64,000 nucleotides of DNA, taken from assembly GCF_030028105.1 (NCBI RefSeq), contig NC_092393.1:55865121-55929120 (forward strand), in the 5' to 3' direction. Both the position numbers and the translations under genes were made by a program. Positions 12,901-24,677 of this stretch are shown one piece after another. Position 1 is the first letter of the stretch; each line of letters starts with the position of its first letter. Origin of the DNA: Mobula birostris (Eukaryota). The notes beneath the pieces are model-generated. The model saw only the letters and a program-made list of their open reading frames with translations, ran no database searches and was not told the origin of the DNA.

Positions 12901-14504
12901 GAACCCACCCACTTTGGATATTCTCTCTAACTCCTCCCTTCAGACAGAAGATACAAAACCCACCAAGCTCAAGGACAGCCTCTATCCCCCTGCTGTAAGA
13001 CTATTATATGGTCCTCTGGCATAATAAGATGGATTCTTGACCTCACATGGACTATACTGTACAATTCCATGATTTTAAGCAATAATTCAATAGCTTGGTC
13101 TCCATTTTGTACTGCCCTGGCTTGTGTATCATGCTGATAGCTGGGATGGAATATCCATGGTTGATCCCAACCAACAAAGGGCCTCTCTGAAGTAATAATT
13201 AGGTTGCCTTCAAAAGATCTTTCTCTTGCAGCCAATTATATATCTAAATCCTGACCCAATCACATTTCCACACTATTCATTCTTTACTAGTTCACCTACT
13301 TCAGTTTACAAATTTGAAATATTTAAAATCACAATTTTCACTCAACCATGTCACTAACTTCCTAGTTGACTTAATTTCTGTTCTTAAAAAAAGAGTTGCC
13401 ACCTTTAAACATATATCCCATAGTCAAAATACCTTTAAATGCATATTAATATTCACAGCGCTCCAGCTGAGAATAACAAGCAATGCTGCCATCACCTGTT
13501 GCTGTAGCAGAACTTCAGGCCTTCGTATATCCTGTCCATCATCCAACATATGGACGACAGTATTACAGAGTCCAATTCTTAAATAGCTTTAAGAATAATT
13601 AAGTGAAAAGCAAAGAAAAAAACTGAAGATGACAGAAGTTGGAATAAAAACAATGTCATAAATGCAGAGCAAGTCAGACAGCATCAGCGGAGAAAGGAGA
13701 AAAACAGGGTGAAGTCCTTTCACTGACTTCTCTCTTCAAAGGCCATTTCTTGCATTTTATGGATTTATCCAAGAATAATTGTCAGGCCTAACAGATTTCC
13801 ATGGTTCAAGTGACAAAGGAGAAAAGGAGACAGAAAGGGAGTGGTGTAGGTGCTAGGTAAATTTAAATCAAGCAAAGTATTAAATGAAAAAATATATATA
13901 TTCATCATGTTACTTTGTCCCAACAAAAAAATCCTCTGGAGTTCATACCAAAATATGCTGGAACTACAATGTAATGAGAAAAGATTAATTAATTAAAATG
14001 TAATGTCAGCTTTATACCTTGCAGGAGATTAGGTCGCAATACGATGCATTCCTTTAATAGGTCTGTTAGTGAGGCAATTCCTTCTTTATTAGCTTCTTTG
14101 TTATCTAATGACATTTGTAATGCTGCCACATCTACTAATTTCATTGACTTGCTGTCAGAATTGTGATTCACCTTCAACTGATGCGGACTCTGCACTCCAA
14201 ACACCTGTTCCCTAGATAACACCATCGAGTCCCACCAGTTAGAAGCCAAGTTCCGCTTGAGTTCCATTCCCAAATGTCCATAATTAAAACAACCGTCGAT
14301 GAGCATGTCTTGTGTAATCTCATCTCCATATACAAAATGTCTGTTCTGGCAAAGGTCAATCAATGCTTCAGTAAATCCAGAAAGGTCAGAAGTAGATTTG
14401 CTGCATTTCCTTAAACCCAGGTGAAGGCCAAGAATCGTCCAATGATTTTGGAATAGCTTATTGGAGACCTTCCATTGCTTCATCATCATGATGCCAAATT
14501 TCAT
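949..14504 (-). CDS. POLG2: DNA polymerase gamma accessory subunit (mitochondrial), coding exons 1-6; final exons lie left of the window
   Basis: Hand-spliced exons 14018-14504, 11869-11998, 11130-11235, 8737-8910, 3303-3443 and 949-1029, with GT-AG introns and consistent phases (373 codons). Peptides [99 protein letters not shown] and [16 protein letters not shown] match POLG2. The start could be ATG 14504 or the MMM run just downstream. Confidence 0.95.
1791..2727 (+). mobile_element. Solo LTR (Gypsy-like)
   Basis: 937 bp starting TGTGAC and ending TGACA, flanked by a 4-bp direct repeat GTTG (1787-1790, 2728-2731); internal AATAAA at about 2639. Confidence 0.7.
3690..3840 (-). mobile_element. 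tRNA-derived SINE fragment
   Basis: A tRNA-like head with B-box-like GATTCAATT on the minus strand, and a typical body TCTTTGGGATGTGGGAGGAAACCGGAGCAC; related copies at about 1400-1640, 37790-38030 and 55540-55690. Confidence 0.55.
4402..5172. mobile_element. Composite non-autonomous hAT (Charlie-type) transposon
   Basis: TIRs CAGGGGACCCCAACC / GGTTGGGGACCGCTG and a perfect 8-bp TSD GGCTAAAC (4394-4401, 5173-5180); internal second TIR pair TAGGGTTGCCAACT (4537) / AGTTGGCAACCCTA (to 5060). Confidence 0.85.
5432..7430 (+). mobile_element. CR1 LINE ORF2 fragment (endonuclease + RT), degenerate, with an internal deletion near 6510
   Basis: ORFs with [30 protein letters not shown] and FADD motifs; multiple stops and frameshifts. 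Confidence 0.9.
7760..8050 (-). mobile_element. CR1 LINE 3' end
   Basis: [18 protein letters not shown]...FKTQID peptide followed by the CR1 3' UTR. Confidence 0.8.
8365..8575 (+). repeat. G-rich minisatellite, about 10 units of 18-21 bp (GGGGGGCAGRAAGGGATT[AA])
   Basis: Tandem array visible directly in the sequence, in a POLG2 intron. Confidence 0.9.
9070..9540 (+). mobile_element. Rex1/Babar-type LINE 3' end
   Basis: CATCATGGGCACTAGCCTCCCC...GACATCTTC...CACCCAGGA body and AATAAATTTCATGACATATG tail; related copies at about 12780-13090, 16170-16600 (-), 41950-42600 (-) and 44130-44580 (+). Confidence 0.6.
9880..10200 (+). mobile_element. Penelope-like element 3' terminal fragment
   Basis: Homologous to 25000-25345; ends with CAGTCCTGATAAAGGGTC...GACTG and GATGCTGCCTGA...CCAGCATCTGCAGAATCTCTTGTG. 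Confidence 0.7.
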
Positions 14505-15494
14505 TAATAAAGGGACAAAATTCCTACATAGTCTTTCATCATCTCAGGATGCTCCAGAGCACTTTAAACCCAATGACTCAATCTTTGAATGATCCACAAA
14601 GGCAGAAAATACAGTAAAATGGTTACGTTGATGCATCAATTTTAGAATTTTCATATAGCGAAGAATGATCTCTAACATCACAAAATATCTGTAGAAAAAT
14701 AAAACAACATTGTTCACAATCCAATGTTTTTAACCTTCTTATTTCATCACGTAAACTTCACTGCAGTGGTGATTAGAAACATTTTGTAGTGTTCAGAAAA
14801 TAGATTTATTATACATGCAATACAATGTTACAAGTTTATTAATGTGTGGTTTGCATTATTAGGTAATTTCGACCAAGAGCAGCCAATGGCTGTAATTAGC
14901 TATGGTGGGGAAAAAAAAATGACATCTTATACAGTATTCTCGTTCCAGAATGGTATCCATTCTGGAAATTATATGTATGGATAGGAGGTTGAATCGCAAT
15001 GCCTCTAAGTAACACTCAATAAATCCTCACACATAAATCCTCACCTAGACAGGATGTTACTATCAGCATTTTAAGGCCTCCAGAAAACAAGTGCACCCAT
15101 TCATTTTGGACAGTACATCAGAAACTGCTCAACAGAAGCTGTTACAGAATTCCCCGTTAAGCAGAACTGTAAGTACTGTACTACCCACCATCATCCTGGA
15201 CGAAGAAAGATTAGGCAATACAGAATCGTGGCTGAAGACCTGATTTTTCCAAAATTATATGGTTACAGATCTATAGTATATTTATCTGGCCTTCAAAGAA
15301 GCTTTATTATGGATGCTTTTTAAAAAAAAATTCATAAGTTCTAAGTAAATTTATTATCAAAGTATATACATGTTGTTGTATACTATCATGAGATTCATTT
15401 TCTTGCAGGCAGAACCCCAGTGCATCAAGTTCACGATCCAGTCTATGATGTCCTGCCTACCTACTGAATATTTTTGCTTAGAGCAAAAGTAAGG

Positions 15495-16171
15495 CACCAT
15501 CATGTCCTTTCTGCCCTGGCAGAGGAACCCTGGGACACATTCTCAGCAGCTGCCCAAAAGCCTTAGAAGGTCGCTACCGCTGGCATCATGACCAGGTGGC
15601 TGAAGGTGGCGGTGAAAAGCCATTACCAACAGGAGGTAGCTCCACCAACCCAGAAAGCCTTTGTCAAAGCTGGAGACCAACCTCATCCTCAGCCAGATCA
15701 CCAGTAGGCTCGTTTGCCACAGCTTCTGACTGGCAACTGAGAGTCGATCTTGGCGAGCGATTAAAGTTCCCTGATTTCATCACATCATCATCCCTGAGGC
15801 CTGACATGGTCATTCTGTCAGAAACCTCAAAGCAGGTGGTCACAGTAGGACTGACAATGCCTTGGAAAGACCGGATTGAGGAGGTGTTTGAGCATAAGAA
15901 AGCCTAATACCAGGAGCTGGCGGAGCAGAGCCAGAGACAGGGGTGAAGGGCACGATGTGAGCCTATAGGGGTGGGGTGTGGAGGTTTTGCTGGCTGATTG
16001 CTGTGCAGAACCTACTCTCTCCTTGGCAACCTACTCTGTTGGGACACAAGCCAGCGCCTGATCAACTTTGGCTGGGTCACCTGGGTAAGAGTGTCTGATG
16101 TTGAAAGACCCAAAATAGCAGATGACCCCAGGTTACATCACTAATGATGTGTCCCAGAGCACCCGAGAATG
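15495..16171 (+). mobile_element. R2/Hero-clade LINE 3' fragment with restriction-like endonuclease
   Basis: Degenerate HILSSCPKALEGRYRWHHDQV zinc knuckle, LRPDMVILSE and LTMPW...IEE...KK motifs; 26-bp direct repeats flank 15412-16171. Confidence 0.75.
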
Positions 16172-16929
16172 TCATGAGATTCATTTTCTTGCAGGCATTT
16201 ACTGGGGGGAAAAAAGAAGCACAAAAGAATTTACAAAAAACTCTACATCAACAGGCAAAGACTGACAAACAATCACTGTACAAAAGGCAACATGAGCTCT
16301 AAAGAGTCCCTGAAAGTGAGTCTTTAGGTCTTAAAATTAGCTTAGAATGCTGGGTGATTGAAGTTATCCAGACTGGTTCAAGTGGTTGTAGGGTACTTAT
16401 GGCTCCTTAACCTTGTGGTGCGGGACGCAAGACTTCTAAACCTCCTGTTCGATGTGAAGAGGGCATGACCTGGTTGGTGGTGGTCTTCGATGGTTGATGC
16501 TGCTTTCTTGTGGCAGCACTCCATGTTAATGTACTCAACAGTGGGGAGGGCTTTGCCCGTGATGAAATGGGCTGTATTCACCACTTTCTGTAGCCTGACA
16601 TGTTATAAGCTTTTGCATCACGCAATGGTAAATGAGTAGAAACTCCAAAGTTAGATCAAACAATCAAGTGTTTGGAATAGTGATGCCTTTATTCTACAAA
16701 CGTAATATGTTGTGTATGGAAGAAGAGCAAGAGACTCACTCAGCTCAGGTCAGAAGCAGCTGAATGCACAACAAAACCAGAAATGGATGAGTGAAAAATT
16801 CTTCACTCTTAGTTGGCTTGGAGATTTCAAAGATGGGGAAAAGCTCAATCCTGCAATAATTTAGCAGTAAGGAAACTTGAAAATTGATGCATTGTTACAA
16901 TAGGAGAGACAAGGAGCACAGGCATTTTC

Positions 16930-17318
16930 AAGGAAGGGTTAACATATGAGAGTTGTTAGATGTCTCTGAGCCCGTATTCATTGGAGTTTAGAAGAATGGG
17001 GTAGGCAGTCTCATTGAATCCAACCAAATATTGAAAGAGCTAGATAGAGTGGACATGGAGAACATGTCTCCAATACTAGGCAAGTCTATGACTAGAGGAC
17101 TCAGCCTCAGAATACAAAGACATTCCTTGAGAACAGAGATAAGGAGAAATTTTGTAGTCAGAGAGTGTTGAATGTGTGGAATTCGTTACCACAGACTACA
17201 GCAGAGGCCAAGTCATTGGGTATATTCAAAGAAGATGTTGATAGGTTCTTGATCAGTTAAAGGTACAGGAGAATAGGGTTGTGATATCAGAGTAGATTAG
17301 ATGGGCCAAATGGATTCA
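16930..17318 (+). mobile_element. Older CR1 3' fragment interrupted by the full-length CR1
   Basis: The CR1 RT C-terminus and 3' UTR break off after GATGGGCCAAATGG and resume at about 21489-21512 (ATTCTGCTCTATGTCTTATGGTCTT). Confidence 0.7.
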
Positions 17319-20300
17319 GAGCACGAAGGCTGCGAGTGAACGGCTGATTTTTCAGAGTGAAGGGAGTTTTTCTTTACTATTCGGGGTAAAAGAGAGGCAA
17401 GATTGCGCAGGCGCGTGACGTCAGCCAGTAGAGCGCGAAAGGTTTAAAAAGACCACCATATCCAGCGGGCAGTGTTCGGAGTGGGCAGCGGAGTGAGAGG
17501 CAGCAGAGTGTTAGGGCTTTGGCTCAACGGGCTTAGGCGGTAACGGGACGAGGCAGGGTAGGTTTACCTGTGTTAATTGCAGAAAGGAAGTAGTATGAGT
17601 GTGAGGCCAGTTTTCTGTGCTCAGTGTCAGATGTGGGAGGTCCTGGAGTCTCCCAGCCTCCCGGACGGCCATATCTACATCAGGTGTGTCGAGCTGCAGC
17701 TCCTAAGGGACCGAGTTAGGGAACTGGAGATGCAGCTGGATGACCTTCGCTTGGTCAGGGAGAGCGAGGAGGTGATAGAAAGGAGTTATAGGCAGGTGGT
17801 CAGCAGGGGGCCACATGAGACAGACCAATGAGTCACAGTCAGGAGTGGGAAGGGGAAGAGTCAGGTATGAGAGAATACTCCTGTGGCTGTACCCCTTGAC
17901 AATAAGTAATCTTGTTTGAGTACTGTTGGGGAGGACAGCCTACCTGGGGGAAGCGACAGTGGCCATGCCTCTGGCACAGGGTCTGGCCCTGTGGCTCAGA
18001 AGGGTAGGGAAAGGAAAAGGATGGCAGCAGTGATAGGGGACTCTATAGTTAGGGGGTCAGACAGGCGATTCTGTGGACACAGAAAAGAAACTCAGATGGC
18101 AGTTTGCTTCCCAGGTGCCAGGGTCCGGGATGTTTCAGATCGCGTCCAAGATATCCTGCAGCGGGAGGGAGAACAGCCAGAGGTCATGGTACATATTGGT
18201 ACCAATGACATAGGTAGGAAAAGGGAAGAGGTCCTGAAAAAAGACTACAGGGAGTTAGGAAGGAAGTTGAGAAACAGGACCGCAAAGGTAGTAATCTCAG
18301 GAATACTGCCTGTGCCACGTGATACGTAGTGAGAATAGGAATAGAATGAGGTGGAGGATAAATGCGTGGCTGAGGGATTGGAGCAGGGGGCAGGGATTCA
18401 GGTTTCTGGATCATTGGGACCTCTTTTGGGGCAGGTGTGACCTGTACAAAAAGGACGGGTTGCACTTGAATCCCAGGGGGACCAATATCCTGGCGGGGAG
18501 GTTTGCTAAGGCTACTGGGGAGAGTTTAAACTAGAAATTTTGGGGGGTGGGAACCGGACTGAAGAGACTTGGGAAGAGGAGGTTAGCTCACAAATAGAGA
18601 AACCTTGTAGTCAGTGCAAGCGGGAGGATAGGCAGGTGATAGAGAAGGGACGTGCTCAAACCAAAGGTTTGAGATGTGTCTATTTTAACGCAAGGAGTGT
18701 TGAGAACAAAGCGGATGAGCTTAGAGCGCGGATCAGTACTTGGAGATATGATGTGGTGGCCATCACAGAGACTTGGATGGCTTATGGACAGGAATGGTTA
18801 CTTCAAGTTCCGGGTTTTAGATATTTCAGAAAGGACAGGGAGGGAGGCAAAAGAGGTGGGGCGTGGCACTGTTGATCAGAGATAGGGTCACGGCTGCAGA
18901 AAAGGTGGACACCATGGAGGGATTGTCTACCGAGTCTCTGTGGGTGGAGGTTAGGAACAAGAAGGGGTCAATAACTTTACTGGGTGTTTTTTATAGGCCG
19001 CCCAATAGTAACAGGGATATCGAGAAGCAGATAGGGAAACAGATCCTGGAAAGGTGTAATAATAACAGTTGTCATGGTGGGAGATATTAATTTCCCAAAT
19101 ATTGATTGGAATCTCCCTAGAGCAAGGGGTTTAGATGGGGTGGAGTTAGTCAGGTGTGTTCTGGAAGGTTTCTTGACACAATATGTAGATAAGCCTACAA
19201 GAGGAGAGGCTGTACTTGATTTGGTATTGGGAAATGAACCTGGTCAGGTGTCAGATCTCTCAGTGGGAGAACATTTTGGAGAGACTGATCATAATTCTAT
19301 CTCCTTTACAACAGCATTGGAGAGAGATAGGAACAGACAAGTTAGAAAAGCGTTTAACTGGAGTAAGGGGAATTATGAGGCTATCAGGCAGGAAACTAGA
19401 GGCTTAAATTGGAAATAGATGTTTTCAGGGAAAAGTACGGAAGAAATGTGGCAAATATTCAGGGGATATTTGTGTGGAGTTCTGCATAGGTACGTTCCAA
19501 TGAGACAGGGAAGTTATGGTAGGGTACAGGAACCGTGGTGTACAGAGGCTGTAATGAATCTAGTCAAGAAGAAAAGCTTACAAAAGGTTCGGAGAGCTAG
19601 GTAATGTTAGAGATCTAGAAGACTATAAGGCTAATAGGAAGGAGCTTAAGAAGGAAATTAGGAGAGCCACAAGGCCTTGGCGGGCAGGATTAAGGAAAAC
19701 CCCCAAGGCATTCTACAAGTATGTGAAGAGCAAGAGGATAAGATGTGGAAGAATAGGACCTATCAAGTGTGACAGTGGGAAAGTATGTATGGAACCGGAG
19801 GAAACAGCAGAGGTACTTAATGAATACTTTACTTCAGTGTTCACTGTGGAAAAGGCTCTTAATGATTGTAATGATGACTTGCAGCAGGCTGAAAAGCATA
19901 AGCATGTAGATATTAAGAAAGAGGATGTCCTGGAGCTTTTGGAAAGCATCAAGTTGGATGAGATGTACCCCAGGCTACTGTGGGAGGCGAGGAAGGAGAT
20001 TGCTGAGCCTCTGGTGATGATCTTTGCATCATCAATGGGGACGGGAGAGGTTCCGGAGGATTGGAGGGTTGCGGATGTTGTTCCTTTATTCAAGAAAGGG
20101 AGTAGAGATAGCCCAGGAAATTATAGACCAGTGAGTCTTACCTCAGTGGTTGGTAAGTTGTTGAAGATCCTGAGAGGCAGGATTTATGAACATTTGAAGA
20201 GGTATAACATGATTAGGAGTAGTCAGCATGGCTTTGTCAAGGGTAGGTCGTGCCTTATGAGCGTGATTGAATTTTTTGAGGACGTGACTAAACACATTGA

Positions 20301-21490
20301 TGAAGGTAGAGCAGTGGATGTAGTGTATATGGATTTCAGATAAGATACCCCATGCAAGGCTTATTGAGAAAGTAAGGAGGCATAGGATCCAAGGGGACAT
20401 TGCTTTGTGGATCCAGAACTAGCTTGCCCACAGAAGGCAAAGAGTGGTTGAAGATGGGTCATATTCTGCATGAAGGTCGGTCACCAGTGAAGTGCCTCAG
20501 GGTTCTGTTCTGGGACCCTTACTCTTCGTGACTTTTATAAATGACCTGGATGAGGAAGTGGAGGGATGGGTGAGTAAGTTTGCTGATGACACAAAGGTTG
20601 GAGGTGTTGTGGATAGTGTGGAGGGCTGTCAGAAGTTACAGCAGGACATTGATAGGATGCAAAACTGGGCTGAGAAGTGACAGATGGAGTTCAACCCAGG
20701 TAAGTATGAAGTGGTTCATTTTGGTAGGTCAAATATGATGGCAGAATATAGTATTAATGGTAAGACTCTTAGCAGTGTGGAGGATCAGAGGGATCTTGGA
20801 GTCCGAGTCCATAGGACACTCAAAGCAGCTGCACAGGTTGACTTTGTGGTTAAGAAGGCATATGGTGTATTGGCCTTCATCAATCGTGGAATTGAATTTA
20901 GGAGCCGTGAGGTAATATTGCAGCTATATAGGACCCTGGTCAGACCACACTTGGAGTACTGTGCTCAGTTCTGGTCACCTCACTACAGGAAGGATGTGGA
21001 AGCCATAGAAAGGGTGCAGAGGAGATTTGATTTAAAAGGATGTTGCCTGGATTGGGGAACATGCCTTATGAGAATAGGTTGAGTGAACTCAGCCTTTTCT
21101 CCTTGGAGCGACAGAAGATGCGAGGTGACCTGACAGAGGTGTATAAGATGATGAGAGGCATTGATCATGTGGATAGTGAGAGGCTTTTTCTCAGGGCTGA
21201 AATGGTTGCCACAAGAGGACACACGTTTAAGGTGCTGGGGAGTAGGTACAGAGGAGATGTCAGGGGTAAGTTTTTTTACTCAGAGAGTGGTGAGTGCATG
21301 GAATGGGCTGCCAGCAACGGTGAAGGCGGATACGATAGGGTCTTTTAAGAGACTTTTGGATAGGTACATGGAGCTTAGTAAAATAGAGGGCTATGGGTAA
21401 CCCTAGTAATTTCTAAGGTAGGGACACGTTCGGCACAACTCTGTGGGCCGAAGGGCCTGTATTGTGCTGTAGGTTTTCTATGTTTCTATT
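17319..21490 (+). mobile_element. Near full-length CR1 LINE (ORF1 zinc-finger/esterase; ORF2 APE endonuclease + RT), inactivated
   Basis: ORF1 has CAQCQMW...RCVELQLL, VIGDSIVRG, FPGARV, HIGTNDI and DGLHLN (SGNH esterase). ORF2 has [38 protein letters not shown] and LEYCAQFWSP. It ends in a (TTTCTATG)-type tail and carries several stops and frameshifts. Confidence 0.95.
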
Positions 21491-21799
21491 CTGCTCTATG
21501 TCTTATGGTCTTAAACTTTAACTCACACACTCCACCTGTCACATTAACCATAGGTCCCACATCAGCCATCAATTAACCAAGAAAAATGAAAATACTATAG
21601 AATTTACAAATAACTATATATGAGCAACTAAGAGATTGCCTATGGAGATCGAGGCAGCTCACTTATGTCCTTCACAGAAAGAAAGCTGCATTCTTGTCTA
21701 GTCTGGTCTAACTTCCACTGGTTATGGATGAACACGCACAGACGGCAGTGGTAATAACAGTAAACCAGAGAAACACAAGAGTCTCCAGATGCTGTAATC

Positions 21800-22200
21800 T
21801 GCAGCAAAAGGCAAGCTACTCAGCGGGTCGAGCAGCATCTGCAATTGTCGAACTTCTACATCTGGGCAAAGATGGCGCAAATCTAAGGGTTCGTGCGTTA
21901 TGTGCCACCCACGGCTGTGGTTTGCCGCAAAAGCGACGGCTCCGACGTGAAATGAACTCACCTCCAAAATCCTTCCCATCAACAGACGCAATTCCACCAT
22001 CAACCAAAACACGCTTCACTTAACTTCCCGCTCGTTAGCCGCCGCCTCCCAACTCCAATGTCGTCACTTCCGGGGACGGCGGCCGTGCCCCAGGCGACGA
22101 CGCCGCTCATCCTCACGCATGCGTTCTTCCTGGCGCCGCTCATCCTCACGCATGCGTTCTTCTTGGCGCCGTGCAGGTTCAAATAGTACCGTCCGATTCA
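21800..22200 (-). promoter_or_regulatory. CpG-island promoter of POLG2 with ETS/GABP and NRF1-like sites
   Basis: Isolated CpG-rich patch; CACTTCCGG at 22065-22073; two ACGCATGCGT palindromes in a 33-bp tandem duplication at 22101-22166. Confidence 0.65.
21962..22060 (-). other. POLG2: Putative non-coding first exon of POLG2
   Basis: Lies in a CpG island and ends in a strong donor, GGAG|GTGAGT (21962/21961). It would splice to the strong acceptor TTTTATTTTTCTACAG| at 14689/14688, upstream of the POLG2 ATG. The 5' end is approximate. Confidence 0.6.
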
Positions 22201-22499
22201 CAAACAAAGGCAATGCCCAAAGCAGTGTAACTTATCTAATTCGGGGTAATGATTTATTTCTTGAACAGAGTAAGCGTGGATATTTATGAATTTGTATATT
22301 TTATAGCGGGTTTCGAGCTGATACATGGACGATTATTTTCCCTCCCACAGATGCTGCTCAGCTGGCAGAGTTCACCAGCAAATTGATTATTCTAATATTT
22401 TTGCTGAAGTACAGCCAAAGATATATCCCTTTGCAACACCTTTGGAAGGTAATGTATTTGTTCTTCTTTAAAATTGTTCCTGAAAATATATTCCAAATA

Positions 22500-24545
22500 A
22501 GAAGAAATTTTCAGTGGGAAGAAGGACACTACAGTGGCTGACAAGTGAAGACAGAGCCAAAGTAAAAACAAAAGAGAGGGTATACGAGGAAGCCAAAGCT
22601 AGTGGGAAGATAGAGGACTGAGAAGCTTTAAAAAACTTGCAGAAGGGAACTAAGAAGGTTATTAGGAAGGAAAAGATGAATTATGAAAGGAAGCTGGCGA
22701 CTAATATCAAATAAGATACTAAAAGCTTTTTTAAGTATATGAAGGGTAAAAGAGAGTCGAGGGTAGATATAGGACCAGTACAAAATGACGCTGGAGATAT
22801 TGTAATGAGAGATGACAAAGGAACTGAATGCATAATTTGCATCAGTCTTCACAGTGGAAGATGTCTGCAGTATACCGGACATTCAAGAGTGTCAGGGAAG
22901 TGAAGTTTGTGCAGTGAAAATTACGACTGAGAAGGTGCTCAGGAAGCTGAATGGTCTGAGGGTGGATAAATCTCCTGGACCTGATGGAGTGCACCTTTGG
23001 GTTCTGAAGGAAGTAGCTGGAGAGATTGCAGAGGCATTAACAATGATCTTTCAAGAATCAATACATTCTAGCATTGTACCAGATGACTGGAAAACTGCAA
23101 ATTCCGCTATTTAAGAAGGGTGGGAGGCAGCAGAATGGAAACTATAGACCTGTTAGCCTGACATCAATGGTTGAGAAATTGTTGGAATCGATTGTTAAGG
23201 ATGAGATTACGTAGTACCTGGTGGCACATGACAAGATAGGCCAAAACCAGCATGGATTCCTGAAAGGAAAATCCTGTCTGACAAATCTACTGCAATTCTT
23301 TGAGGAAACTACAAGCAGGGTGGACAAAGGAGATGCAGTAGACGTGGCGTTACTTGGATTTTCAGAAGGCCTTTGACAAGGTGCCACACATGAGGTTGCT
23401 TAGCAAGATAAGACCCCATGGAATTACAGGAAAGTTGGTAGCATGGGTGGAGCATTGGCTGGTTGGAAGAAAACAGGGTGGGAATAAAGGGATCCTATTC
23501 TGGCTGGCTGCTGGTTACCAGTGGAGTTCCAAAGGGGTTGCTGTTAGGACCGCTGCTTTTTACAATGTATGTCAATGATCTGGACTACGGTATTAATGGA
23601 TTTGTGGCTAAATTTGTCGATGATACAAAGATAGTTGGAGGAGCGGGTAGTGTTGAGGAAACAGAGAGCCTGCAGAGAGACTTAGATAGATTAGGGGAAT
23701 GAGCAAAGAAGTGGCAAATGAAATACAATGTTGGAAAATGTATGATCATGCACTTTGGTGGAAGAAATAAATGGGCAGACTATTATTTAGATGGGGAGAA
23801 AATTTTAAATGCAGAGATGCAAAGGGACTTGAGAGTCCTTGTGCAGGATACCCTAAAGGTTAACCTCCAGGTTGAGTTGGTTGTGAAGAAGGCGAATGCA
23901 ATATTGGCATTCATTTCTAGAGGTATAGAATATAAGAGTAGGGATGTGATGTTGAGGGTCTATAAGGCACTCGTGAGACCACACTTGGGAGTATTGTGTG
24001 CAGTTTTCGGCTCCTTATTTTAGAAAGGATGTACTGACGTTGGAGAAGGTTCAGAGAAGATTCACAAGAATGGTTCCAGGAATGAAAGGGTTACTGTATG
24101 AGGAACATCTGGCAGCTCTTGGGCTGTATTCCCTGGAGTTCAGGAGAATGAGGGGGATCTCATTGAAATACTCAGAATGTTAAAAGGTCTGAACAGATTA
24201 GATATGGCAAAGTTATTTCCAGTGGTAGGGGATTCTAGGACAAGAGGGCATGACTTCAGGATTGAAGGACATCCATTTAGAACTGAGATGCGGAGAAATT
24301 ACTTTAATCAGAGGGTGGTAAATCTGTGGAATTTGTTGCCACGAGCGGCTGTGGAGGCCAAGTCATTGGGTGCATTTAAGGCAGAAATAGATGGGTTCTT
24401 GATTAGCCAGGGCATCAAAGGGTATAGGGAGAAGGCAGGGGAGTGGGGATGAGTGGAAGAATTGAATCAGCCCATGATTGAATGGTGGAGCAGATTTGAA
24501 GGGCCAAATTGCCTACTTCTGCTCCTATACCTTATGGTCTTAAAA
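22500..24545 (+). mobile_element. 5'-truncated CR1 LINE (RT region and 3' UTR)
   Basis: [25 protein letters not shown] and RVVNLWN peptides, followed by the CR1 3' tail ending CTTATGGTCTT. Confidence 0.92.
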
Positions 24546-24677
24546 CTCACCTGATCTCTGCAGAGAGGCTGCGATCTGCCAGAGAATGGATATTACAGTG
24601 GAGACTCAAATCTTCACCTGACAATATTTCACCTCAGCACATTTTCATTTGCAAACAGTTGTATTTATGTAGAGTCT

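Noticed and set aside
17577-21400. CR1 as an active or domesticated gene
   Set aside because: Both ORFs carry multiple stops and frameshifts.
21722-22182. Several 60-99 aa ORFs in the CpG island
   Set aside because: Expected in GC-rich DNA; the repeated peptide merely reflects the 33-bp duplication.
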